From positions 5,784-50,582 of the forward strand of contig SRMO01000050.1 in the NCBI GenBank assembly GCA_004768415.1: 44,799 bases of DNA, in the 5' to 3' direction. Below are positions 36,971 to 44,799 of the stretch, piece after piece; position 1 is the stretch's first letter; the number at the start of each line of letters is the position of its first letter. The notes beneath the pieces are model-generated. The model saw only the letters and a list, made by a program, of their open reading frames with translations. It had not been told where the DNA came from and searched no databases. Made by a program: the position numbers and the translations under genes. The DNA comes from Aphanocapsa feldmannii 277cV (lineage in GTDB: Bacteria; Cyanobacteriota; Cyanobacteriia; PCC-6307; Cyanobiaceae).

Positions 36971-37807
36971 TCAGATCAGTCCCGCTAGGACCAATCCCAG
37001 CAGGCCGTTGGCCAGGGTCTCACCGCCACACCAGAGCACCATCCCTGCTAACGCCAGAAAGGGACCGAAGGGGAAGGGTTGGTACGCTGCCAATCGACCG
37101 CTGAGACGACCCACCACCCCCACCAGGGCGGCGCTGAACACGGCAAGCAGCACAGCGCTGGCAAGGCCGCGGCCGCCAAGCCAGGCCCCGAGCATCGCCG
37201 CCAGCTTGGCGTCCCCCAGCCCCAGGGCGGGAACGCCAAGGGCCAGCTGGCCCAGGCCACTGACCGCTTCGAGGCAGAGGAGCCCCATCAGGGCTGCGAA
37301 CCCGTGCCCCATGGTCTGCCGCAGGGGGTCGCCTCCCTCCAGCGCAGCCAGAATGGGTGTCAGCAGCAGGCCAGCCAGCAACCCCCAGCGGCAGAGGGGC
37401 TCCGGTAGCCACATGGTGTCCATGTCGATCAGGGTCAGCACCAGCAGTTGACCGCTGAACAACAGCCCTGCAAGCAGAGCGGCCCAGCTGCCCCGATGGG
37501 TTTGCAGCTGCAACACCCAGAGGCCTGCACAGAGCAGTTCCACCAGGGGGTAGCGGCTGCTGATCCCTGCGCCGCAGTAGCGGCATCGGCCTGCCAGCAG
37601 CAACCAACCCAGCAGAGGGATGTTGTCGAACCAGGCCAACCCCTGACCGCAGCGGATGCAGTGGCTGCCGGGCAGGATGACGGACTGCCGACGTGGCAGG
37701 CGCCACGCCACCAGGTTGAGGAAACTGCCCACGCAAGCGCCAAGCAGCGCGAAGCAGACAGCCAGTGGTGCGCTGTCGGTGGCAGGCGCCATCGGCATGG
37801 TCGGCAC
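36971..37807 (-). CDS. pilD: prepilin peptidase / type IV leader peptidase (A24 family)
   Basis: N-terminal FLNLVAWRLP, Cys pairs CIRCG...CRYCG, polytopic membrane profile, GLGDAKL active-site Asp region. Confidence 0.85.
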   Translation of the reverse strand: MPTMPMAPATDSAPLAVCFALLGACVGSFLNLVAWRLPRRQSVILPGSHCIRCGQGLAWFDNIPLLGWLLLAGRCRYCGAGISSRYPLVELLCAGLWVLQLQTHRGSWAALLAGLLFSGQLLVLTLIDMDTMWLPEPLCRWGLLAGLLLTPILAALEGGDPLRQTMGHGFAALMGLLCLEAVSGLGQLALGVPALGLGDAKLAAMLGAWLGGRGLASAVLLAVFSAALVGVVGRLSGRLAAYQPFPFGPFLALAGMVLWCGGETLANGLLGLVLAGLI

Positions 37808-37851
37808 CCCGGTTGGTCAGGCTGACGAGAGAGCCCCGAGTCAAGCTGCTC

Positions 37852-38748
37852 TCAGTTTTGCTTCTCTTCAATCATGCGGTGGATGATTGGTGTCAGGATC
37901 AACTCCATGGCGAAGCCCATCTTGCCGCCACCTACCACGAGGCTGGTGGGGCTGGACATGAAGGAGCCATCAATCATCTTGAGCAGGTAGGTGAAATCGA
38001 CGTTAAACATCTCTCGCACACCACGACGAAAGTGGATGATCACAAAGCTCTCGTCTGGTGTGGGGATGTCACGGCAGATGAAGGGATTTGATGTGTCTAC
38101 AGTGGGAACACGCTGGAAGTTGATGTGGGTCTGACTGAATTGCGGGCAGACATGGTTGATGTAATCGGGCATCCGGCGTAGGATTGTGTCAACAATCGTC
38201 TCCGCAGAATAGCCCCGCTCGGAATTGTCGCGATGGATCTTCTGGATCCACTCCAGATTGGTGATGGGCACCACGCCGATCAGCAGGTCCACCAGGCTGG
38301 CCACATTGTAGCCCTGCCCCTTCACACCACCGTGCAGACCTTCGTAAAAGAGCAGATCGGTGTTGGCGGGAAGAGGCTCCCAGGGCGTGAATTCGCCGGG
38401 ATCGAGATTGGTGCCAAGGCGGGTGTTGTGTTCTGCAGACTCCTCCGGGCTGTGCAGGTAGTAACGACGCTCACCGGCGCCACTCTCGCCGTACTCGGCG
38501 AAGGTGGTCTGCAGTTTGTCGAAGATGTTGGCCTCGGGACCGAAATGGGAGAAGTTCTGGCCGGCCGCCACCGCCTCGGCCATCTTGGCCTTCATGGCGA
38601 CGCGGTCGAAGCGGTGGTAGCTGTCGCCTTCAATCACCGCTGGAGTAATGCCTTCCCTGCGGAAGATGCGCTCGAAGGCACGCTTCACTGTGCTGGTGCC
38701 GGCGCCGGAAGAACCGGTCACTGCGACGATCGGGTGCCGCTTGGACAT
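37852..38748 (-). CDS. prk: phosphoribulokinase
   Basis: MSKRHPIVAVTGSSGAGTSTVKRAFE P-loop and a colinear PRK core (VIEGDSYHRFDR, EGLHGG). Confidence 0.93.
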   Translation of the reverse strand: MSKRHPIVAVTGSSGAGTSTVKRAFERIFRREGITPAVIEGDSYHRFDRVAMKAKMAEAVAAGQNFSHFGPEANIFDKLQTTFAEYGESGAGERRYYLHSPEESAEHNTRLGTNLDPGEFTPWEPLPANTDLLFYEGLHGGVKGQGYNVASLVDLLIGVVPITNLEWIQKIHRDNSERGYSAETIVDTILRRMPDYINHVCPQFSQTHINFQRVPTVDTSNPFICRDIPTPDESFVIIHFRRGVREMFNVDFTYLLKMIDGSFMSSPTSLVVGGGKMGFAMELILTPIIHRMIEEKQN

Positions 38749-38923
38749 CTTGTTGCTGCAGAGGGGTTGGGCGATGGGTCAGTTTGCAGGGTGACGACCC
38801 TTCTTGGCTAGTGTCCCGGTCTGATCCGGGATCGGACCGGGGGCCCGGCCTCCCCCAGGCGAGTGCTGCAGCCAGGCTGTGCTGCCACCCTTCAGGCCGC
38901 ACCCCATTCCCTGGCGGTGTTCA

Positions 38924-40015
38924 TCAGGCCTGCCACACCCCCTCCAGAGCGACGAGCAGCTGCTCGCCCATGGCCTTGCAGCCCAGCTGGGTACAGCCCT
39001 CGGCCATCAGGTCAGCGGTGCGAAAGCCTGCCAGCAGCACCTGCTCCACCGCTCTCTCCAGATCGGTGGCTGCCTCCTCCTGCCCCAGGCCCACCCGCAG
39101 CATCATCGCCGCAGAGAGCACCATGGCCAGCGGGTTGGCCAGGTCCTTGCCGGCGATGTCCGGGGCGGAGCCATGGATGGGTTCGAACAGTCCGGGACCG
39201 TCGCTGCCCAGGGAGGCGGAGGGGAGCATGCCGATGCTGCCGCTGAGCATTGCAGCCGCGTCGCTGAGGATGTCGCCGAAAAGATTGCCGGTCAGCAGCA
39301 CGTCGAACTGGCGTGGGTTGCGCAGCAGTTGCATGGCGGCGTTGTCCACGTACATGTGACTCACCGCCACGTCCGGGTGGGCTGCTGCCATGGTGTTCAC
39401 CCGCTCGCGCCAGAGCTGGGACACCTCCAGCACGTTGGCCTTGTCCACAGAGCAGAGGCGGCCGGCCCGTTCCGCGGCAAGCCGGAAGCCCACCGCGGCG
39501 ATGCGGTCCACTTCCTGGTCGGAGTAGGTCATGGTGTTGAACCCCCGCTCGCCCGCTGGTGTGGTGATGCGGCCCCTGGGCTCACCGAAATAGATCCCGC
39601 CGGTGAGCTCACGCACCACCACCAGATCCACAGCTTCGATCAGCGAGCGCTTCAGGCTGCTCGCCTCCACCAGCACCGGCAGGATCCGCACGGGCCGCAG
39701 GTTGGCGAACAGGTCCATGCCGGCCCGCAGACGCAGCAGACCGCTCTCAGGGCGCTGTCGCTGCGGCAAGTTGTCGTACTCGTAGCCGCCAATGGCAGCC
39801 AGCAGCACGGCATCAGCGTCACGGCAGCGCTTCAGGGTCTCGGTTGGCAGGGGATCCCCCTCGGCGTCATGGCCGGCACCGCCCACGGGCGCTTCGCAGA
39901 CGTCGAAGCTGATGCCATGGTGCGGACCAACCGCCTCCAGCAGGCTGCGGGCCACTGCAGTGATCTCCGGGCCGATGCCATCTCCCGGCAACAGGGTGAT
40001 GCGATAGCTGGGCAT
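38924..40015 (-). CDS. leuB: 3-isopropylmalate dehydrogenase
   Basis: MPSYRITLLPGDGIGPEI and NLFGDILSDAAAMLSGSIGMLPSASL. ATG at 40015. Confidence 0.93.
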   Translation of the reverse strand: MPSYRITLLPGDGIGPEITAVARSLLEAVGPHHGISFDVCEAPVGGAGHDAEGDPLPTETLKRCRDADAVLLAAIGGYEYDNLPQRQRPESGLLRLRAGMDLFANLRPVRILPVLVEASSLKRSLIEAVDLVVVRELTGGIYFGEPRGRITTPAGERGFNTMTYSDQEVDRIAAVGFRLAAERAGRLCSVDKANVLEVSQLWRERVNTMAAAHPDVAVSHMYVDNAAMQLLRNPRQFDVLLTGNLFGDILSDAAAMLSGSIGMLPSASLGSDGPGLFEPIHGSAPDIAGKDLANPLAMVLSAAMMLRVGLGQEEAATDLERAVEQVLLAGFRTADLMAEGCTQLGCKAMGEQLLVALEGVWQA

Positions 40016-40088
40016 GGTGCAAAAAACCAGCTCGGCAGACCCGGAAACTATCAGCGCAGGCTGCACCGACCAGATTCCTTCAGGGGGC

Positions 40089-41141
40089 TCAGCGGACCGT
40101 GTCCTGCTCCAGCCGTCGTTCCAGGCGCCGTACAGCTCGGTTCAGCCGGGGCAGCCCGGTGAGGGCAGCCATGCTGCGCAGCCAGGCCTTGTGGGGCATC
40201 ACAGGAAAGCCGCTCACCATCTGGCCAGGCTCCACGTCGGTCTGGATACCTGTTTTGGAGCTGGCAATCACCCCGTCTCCCACCCTGGTGCGGTTGTTGA
40301 CGCCCACCTGACCGGCCAGGATCACGCCGTTGCCGATCACCGCACCACCGGCCACACCCACCTGGGCAGCGAAGGCGCAGCCCCGGCCCACCTCCACCCC
40401 ATGGGCGATCTGCACCAGGTTGTCGATCTTGGTGCCGGCACCGATGCGGGTCTCGCCGACGGCAGGGCGGTCAATGGCACTGTTGCAGCCCACCTCCACC
40501 CCGTCCTCCAACACCACACAGCCGGTCTGGGGCATCTTGCGCCAGCCTCCGGCCGTGGGGATGAAGCCGAACCCTTCCGAACCGAGGACGGTGTTGGAGC
40601 CGATCACGCAGCACCTGCCAAGTTGGCTGCGGCGGTGAATCACCGCATTGGCATGGAGGACACTGTCTGCCCCAACCGTCACATCGTCATAGAGCACCAC
40701 GCCGGGATGGACCACGACACCCTCGGCGAGTCGACAGCCGGCGCCGATACTTGCACCGGCGGCGATGCTCACCCCCCCTCCCAGGCGAGCGGAGGGATGG
40801 ATGTGGGCGGCAGGGTCGATGCCGGGTTGTGCAATCGGTTCGGGACAGAGCAGCTCGAGTGCCTCAGCAAAGCCGAGGCGAGGATCGGCGAGCGCCGCCC
40901 AGGCAATGTTCCGTCGCTGGACCTGCTGTTGCAGGGCGGGGTTCCTGGGCAGGAGCAGAGCGGCGGCCTGGCAGCGGTCCAGGTGTCGAACCATCCTGTT
41001 GCCGGGCTCGAGGAATGAGAGCTGGCCCTGGCCGGCGCGATGCAGTGCCCCCGCACCACCCAGCTCGGGATCGGCAGCGAGCCAACGGGCACAGCATGGG
41101 TCGGCGCTGGACAGTTGTCGCAGCAGTTCGCTGAAGCGCAT
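40089..41141 (-). CDS. lpxD: UDP-3-O-acylglucosamine N-acyltransferase
   Basis: MRFSELL N-terminal domain followed by a long run of hexapeptide (left-handed beta-helix) repeats. 350 aa from ATG 41141. The track ORF extends to 41516. Confidence 0.85.
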   Translation of the reverse strand: MRFSELLRQLSSADPCCARWLAADPELGGAGALHRAGQGQLSFLEPGNRMVRHLDRCQAAALLLPRNPALQQQVQRRNIAWAALADPRLGFAEALELLCPEPIAQPGIDPAAHIHPSARLGGGVSIAAGASIGAGCRLAEGVVVHPGVVLYDDVTVGADSVLHANAVIHRRSQLGRCCVIGSNTVLGSEGFGFIPTAGGWRKMPQTGCVVLEDGVEVGCNSAIDRPAVGETRIGAGTKIDNLVQIAHGVEVGRGCAFAAQVGVAGGAVIGNGVILAGQVGVNNRTRVGDGVIASSKTGIQTDVEPGQMVSGFPVMPHKAWLRSMAALTGLPRLNRAVRRLERRLEQDTVR

Positions 41142-41211
41142 CGGCCGACTCCCATCAGCGGCTGGCGCGGTGATCGTAGGTGTCGCCTCCTGCCGGGGGC
41201 AAAGGCAGACG

Positions 41212-42345
41212 TCAACCGCCGTCCAGCACCACCAGGTCGTCCCGATGGACCACGCAGGCACAGCCGCTGTCCCCCAGGCGCTGGTCCACCACGGCGGAAC
41301 GGCAGCCCTTGATGCTGTTGACCACACTGCTGCCGTGACGGGAGACGCCACGGGCAAACTCCCGTCCATCCAGGTGGCAGAGACGCACCACCTCCTCCGA
41401 CTCGAAGCTGCCTTCCACCGATCGGATGCCCACAGCCAGCAGGGAGGCACCACGGCAGCTGATGGCATCAACGGCACCGGCGTCCAGCCGGAGGCTGCCG
41501 CGGGGCAATACCCCATGGGTCAGCCAGCGTTTGCGTTCCGGCACCGGCAGGGCGTCCGGCAGGAAGGAGGTGCCGGTCTGGTTGCCTTCCAGCAGATGGT
41601 CCAGCACCGCCCCGGCGCGGCCATCGGCCAGGCGCACGGTGATGCCGGCACGGGTGGCGATGCGGGCAGCGGCAAGCTTTGTGGTCATGCCACCGGTCCC
41701 CCAGTGACCACTGCCTTCGGCGGTTCCCTGCAGGGCATCCAGCTCCCGGCGGCTGCGCACCTCGCTGATCGGCTCGGCGCTGCTGTCCCGGCGCGGATCG
41801 GCAGAGTAGAGTCGATCGATGTCGGTGAGCAGCACCAGCTCGCTGGCAGCAACCACTGTCGCCACCAGTGCAGAGAGGGTGTCGTTGTCACCGAAGCGCA
41901 ATTCATCGACGGCGAGGGCATCGTTCTCATTGATGATCGGTACGACACCCAGCTCCAGCAGCCGGTGCAGGGTGCCCGAGGCATTGCGGTAGCGGCGCCT
42001 GGACACCAGATCCGCCCTGGTCAGGAGCACCTGGGCAACGCGCTGGCCATGGGCCTCGAAGGCGGCGTCATAGAGCTTCATCAGCTGGCCCTGGCCCACG
42101 GCTGCGCTTGCCTGCAGGGTGACGAGGTCCCTGGGCCGCTCCGCGAACCCCAGCCTGGCACTGCCCAGCCCCACTGCCCCGCTGCTCACCAGCACAACCC
42201 GGCAACGGTTGGCCTGTTGCCGGCAGATGCTGGCGGCCAGGTCGCGAATCACAGCTTTGGTGTCGCGGTCACCATGGCCCCGCAGCACACTCGTGCCCAC
42301 CTTGATGACCAGGGGTCCAAGGGTCCGTCGACGGGCTTCGTTCAC
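41212..42345 (-). CDS. proB: glutamate 5-kinase (with PUA domain)
   Basis: [10 protein letters not shown] amino-acid-kinase N-terminus and a C-terminal PUA-like segment. GTG start overlaps the upstream stop (GTGA). Confidence 0.9.
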   Translation of the reverse strand: MNEARRRTLGPLVIKVGTSVLRGHGDRDTKAVIRDLAASICRQQANRCRVVLVSSGAVGLGSARLGFAERPRDLVTLQASAAVGQGQLMKLYDAAFEAHGQRVAQVLLTRADLVSRRRYRNASGTLHRLLELGVVPIINENDALAVDELRFGDNDTLSALVATVVAASELVLLTDIDRLYSADPRRDSSAEPISEVRSRRELDALQGTAEGSGHWGTGGMTTKLAAARIATRAGITVRLADGRAGAVLDHLLEGNQTGTSFLPDALPVPERKRWLTHGVLPRGSLRLDAGAVDAISCRGASLLAVGIRSVEGSFESEEVVRLCHLDGREFARGVSRHGSSVVNSIKGCRSAVVDQRLGDSGCACVVHRDDLVVLDGG

Positions 42346-42896
42346 AGGCTGTGCAGCTGCTGCGGCAGAGATTCGCGCAGGTCGGCCCCGAGGCCGGTCG
42401 AGATCATTTTTTCAAGACGCTGCAGGCGATCGTGGGGGCAGATGTCCCCGTCACAGGTGATCGACCTGACCAGCACTGTCCAGAGGCCCAGTCGATTGCC
42501 CGCCACCACATCGGTCAGGATGCGATCCCCCACCATCGCAACCTGATGCGGTGGCAGATCCATGGTCGCCAGCACACTGCGCAGCTTGCCGCGGCGGGGC
42601 TTCCTTGCAAACGCCGTGCCGGGGATCCCCAGTTCCTTGCCCACCCAGCGGATCCGGTCCTGGTCGAGGTTGTTGCTGAGAAGATGCAGCCGCATCACAA
42701 CTGCAGCGCTGCGCACCCACTGGCGAACCGGATCGGGGAGCAGCCGGCAGCGTCTGGGAAGCAGGGTCCGATCAACATCCAGCACGACGCCTCTGATCCC
42801 CATGGCCCGAAGCCGCGCAATGGGCAGGGTCACCACGGTGCCACGTACCACCCAGTCGGGTTGCAGGACACCGCGCAGCGCAAGCCTCCCACTCAC
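42342..42896 (-). CDS. YqeG-family HAD-IIIA phosphatase
   Basis: GVVLDVDRTLL (HAD motif I), MVGDRILTDV (motif III), about 184 aa. GTG start overlaps the upstream stop (GTGA). Confidence 0.75.
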   Translation of the reverse strand: MSGRLALRGVLQPDWVVRGTVVTLPIARLRAMGIRGVVLDVDRTLLPRRCRLLPDPVRQWVRSAAVVMRLHLLSNNLDQDRIRWVGKELGIPGTAFARKPRRGKLRSVLATMDLPPHQVAMVGDRILTDVVAGNRLGLWTVLVRSITCDGDICPHDRLQRLEKMISTGLGADLRESLPQQLHSL

Positions 42897-43468
42897 CCGT
42901 TCCCCTCCAGTGCCTCCAGCTCCTTCTCGACCAGCGGCTGCAGTCGCTCGAAGTCGTCACCCTCCACCAGGGTTGCATTATCCCGTTCCAGCCTGGCCAG
43001 CACGAAGAAGGGATCCAGGGGGATATAAAGGCCATATTCCTTGCTGTCGCTCATGAAGGTGACCAGCTGCTCGTAGGTCTCGCCATCCTCATCGTCATCG
43101 TCACCTGGGAATGACGCATCATCAGGCTCTTCGGCATCGCCCTGTTCCAGTTCACCGCTCACGGTCAGGGTCACCGCGGACCGCACCAGGCAGAGATAGT
43201 GCTCCCTCAGCACCACATCCGCGATGCTCAGGACCTGGGGCAGGCTTTCCGGGTCGTCGATCAGTTCGGGCTCGCCTCCCTCTTCCGGCAGGTGAAAGAG
43301 GCAGACCGGCGTGTCGACGGGGCTCAGCAGCCCGAAGTCCTCACCTGCGACAGGGACGAGCTGCTCAAGGAAACAGAGCAGCTCGCGCCCATCCGCATCC
43401 TTGACACTCAGGGTCGGCGCAGGGTGTGATAGGGAATCGTCGCAGCCGGCCTTCGGGGCGTTACCCAT
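42893..43468 (-). CDS. acidic DUF3727/DUF1292-like protein
   Basis: Two similar modules surround an Asp/Glu-rich linker (DDDDEDGETYE) and a YGLYIPLDPFFVLARLE segment. The assignment is from memory of cyanobacterial and plastid DUF3727 proteins. ATG at 43468. Confidence 0.45.
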   Translation of the reverse strand: MGNAPKAGCDDSLSHPAPTLSVKDADGRELLCFLEQLVPVAGEDFGLLSPVDTPVCLFHLPEEGGEPELIDDPESLPQVLSIADVVLREHYLCLVRSAVTLTVSGELEQGDAEEPDDASFPGDDDDEDGETYEQLVTFMSDSKEYGLYIPLDPFFVLARLERDNATLVEGDDFERLQPLVEKELEALEGNG

Positions 43469-43502
43469 GGAGGTCAATCATCTCAACTCAGCATCACGCC
43501 TC

Positions 43503-43958
43503 TCACTCAGCCGCGCTGGGGGTGGGGGCCGCCACCAGGACCGGATCGGGGCCGTCACTGAGCCACTGGGCGAGGATCAGTGCAGCTGCGGCACTGTCAA
43601 GTCGGCCTGTGCGATCCCCTGCCAGACCCGGTTGCTGAGCCGCGGCCCAGCTGCTGCAGCGCTCGTCCACCAACACCAGGGGCAAGCTCACGTGTCGTGC
43701 CAGCCGTTCGCCGTAGCGGCGGGCATGACGGCACTGAGACCCCTCTGAACCATCGGCCCGCAGCGGCAGTCCCACCACCAGCACCTGCACGCGACGTGTG
43801 GCGATCAGGGGCTCCAACAGACTCAGATCTCGCTGAAACAGCCCTCTGGCCACGGCACCCAGGGGAGTGACTGTCAGGCCGAGGGGATCGCAACCCGCCA
43901 GACCGATCCGCCGCCTTCCCACATCCAGGCCAAGGGCCGAGCAGGGCCGAGCGCTCAT
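43503..43958 (-). CDS. ruvX: Holliday junction resolvase-like protein RuvX/YqgF
   Basis: ALGLDVGRRRIGLAGCD, VVGLPLRADGSEG and DERCSS match the YqgF pattern. ATG at 43958 gives 151 aa. Confidence 0.85.
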   Translation of the reverse strand: MSARPCSALGLDVGRRRIGLAGCDPLGLTVTPLGAVARGLFQRDLSLLEPLIATRRVQVLVVGLPLRADGSEGSQCRHARRYGERLARHVSLPLVLVDERCSSWAAAQQPGLAGDRTGRLDSAAAALILAQWLSDGPDPVLVAAPTPSAAE

Positions 43959-43959
43959 T

Positions 43960-44799
43960 TCAGTGATCCTGCCTCCTGCAGCGCCAAGCTCCGTCGGGTA
44001 TGGGAGTCCGGCGCGGGGCCAGCTGCTCCAGCACCCTGGCCAGGCCTTCGGCGCCCAGGCGGCTGGCGGGTCGTCGGTCCTGGCGACGCCAGATGCTGCG
44101 AGCAAGCAGTAGCTCGTCGTGGACGGCGCTGGCACCAAGTGAGAGCAGCCACTGCTCCCTGTCCTTGTTTCCATCACAACAACGCAGCTGCAGGCGCTCC
44201 GGGATCGGCCCGGCGCCCGGCAGGGGTAGGGGCCGCTGTCGCAGCAGGCGGTGAAGCAACTGGCTGAGGCCCTGGCTGTACAGCACGTGGTAGCCGGGAT
44301 GGACCGTCACGTCGATGCGCAGGGGAGCCCCTGCGCCGGGTTGCACCCAGCGCAGGGCTGCCGCCAGCTGCCCCCGCACCTCGTCCAACACCACCAGGCC
44401 GGAGCGGGTTTCCTCCAGCAGATCGTCCACACTGCGATCGAGCAACTGTCGCAGCTGAATCGGGCTGGCAGCGTTCTCCAGCACCCGCAGCGCAGCACCC
44501 TCCCTGGGCTTGAGCTGGCTCCAGGTCAGACCGGAGCCCAGCTGAGGCATGACATCTACCGGCTCCGCCGGCGCCAGCCGGTAGATGCGCTGGCCCAGCA
44601 GGGCCTGGAAGCCGGCCCCTCGCAGGGCGCTGAGGGTGACGTTGTCATCCAGGCTGGCCCGGACAAACCAGCTGCGGGCCTGGGGAGCCTGGCCGATGGC
44701 ACCACGCACCAGGACTTCCAGCAATTCACTGCGGGGGAGGGTGGTGCTCCGGCTGCAGATCTGCAGCCGCTGGAGTTTCCAGCAGCAGCTCGATTGATT
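43960..44799 (-). CDS. hypothetical protein, 5'-partial (the frame stays open to the window edge)
   Basis: The frame continues without a stop upstream of the listed TTG 44724 to position 44799. The stop lies 1 nt before the ruvX ATG. A weak GNAT-like feel at the N-terminus is not supported by clear motifs. Confidence 0.4.
   Translation of the reverse strand, partial: NQSSCCWKLQRLQICSRSTTLPRSELLEVLVRGAIGQAPQARSWFVRASLDDNVTLSALRGAGFQALLGQRIYRLAPAEPVDVMPQLGSGLTWSQLKPREGAALRVLENAASPIQLRQLLDRSVDDLLEETRSGLVVLDEVRGQLAAALRWVQPGAGAPLRIDVTVHPGYHVLYSQGLSQLLHRLLRQRPLPLPGAGPIPERLQLRCCDGNKDREQWLLSLGASAVHDELLLARSIWRRQDRRPASRLGAEGLARVLEQLAPRRTPIPDGAWRCRRQDH

Noticed and set aside
1-44799. CRISPR arrays, insertion sequences, transposases, integrases, rRNA and tRNA genes.
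   Set aside because: I found no regularly spaced direct repeats, no terminal inverted repeats around an ORF, no recombinase-like translation in any listed frame, and no tRNA- or rRNA-like sequence.

Overview
This is a high-GC chromosomal segment, about 63% G+C in backbone stretches I counted by hand. It looks like a picocyanobacterium of the Synechococcus/Cyanobium type. That call rests on gene content: psb30/ycf12, psbP (CyanoP), prk, cbbY, ycf20-like, plant-type glycerate kinase, several FtsH-type and Calvin-cycle-linked genes, and typical picocyanobacterial housekeeping genes. About 44 protein genes are supported, most of them core: def, rpsN, pnp, thrC, ftsH, rpmF, recJ, leuA, lipA, recR, accD, pilD, prk, leuB, lpxD, proB, ruvX and others. 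I found no rRNA, tRNA, CRISPR array, transposase or integrase. Two genes are absent from the supplied ORF track: a 35-codon psb30/ycf12 with a GTG start, and a ycf20-like DUF565 ORF with no ATG/GTG/TTG start. Two places stand out compositionally and are my best candidates for an undescribed system. (1) A roughly 3.2 kb low-GC island (about 4290-7450) carries a DedA/TVP38 membrane domain fused to a class-I pyridine-nucleotide-disulfide oxidoreductase, followed by a DM13-domain lipoprotein. (2) A roughly 1.1 kb lower-GC two-gene cassette (31058-32187) of coiled-coil proteins with no recognisable family is wedged between leuA and lipA. Other oddities are an RNase II/R homologue whose catalytic motifs all look degenerate, an FtsH lacking the first transmembrane helix, and a thrC gene paired with a MoaD/ThiS-like GG-terminal carrier. 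All family assignments come from reading motifs by eye. None has been checked against a database.
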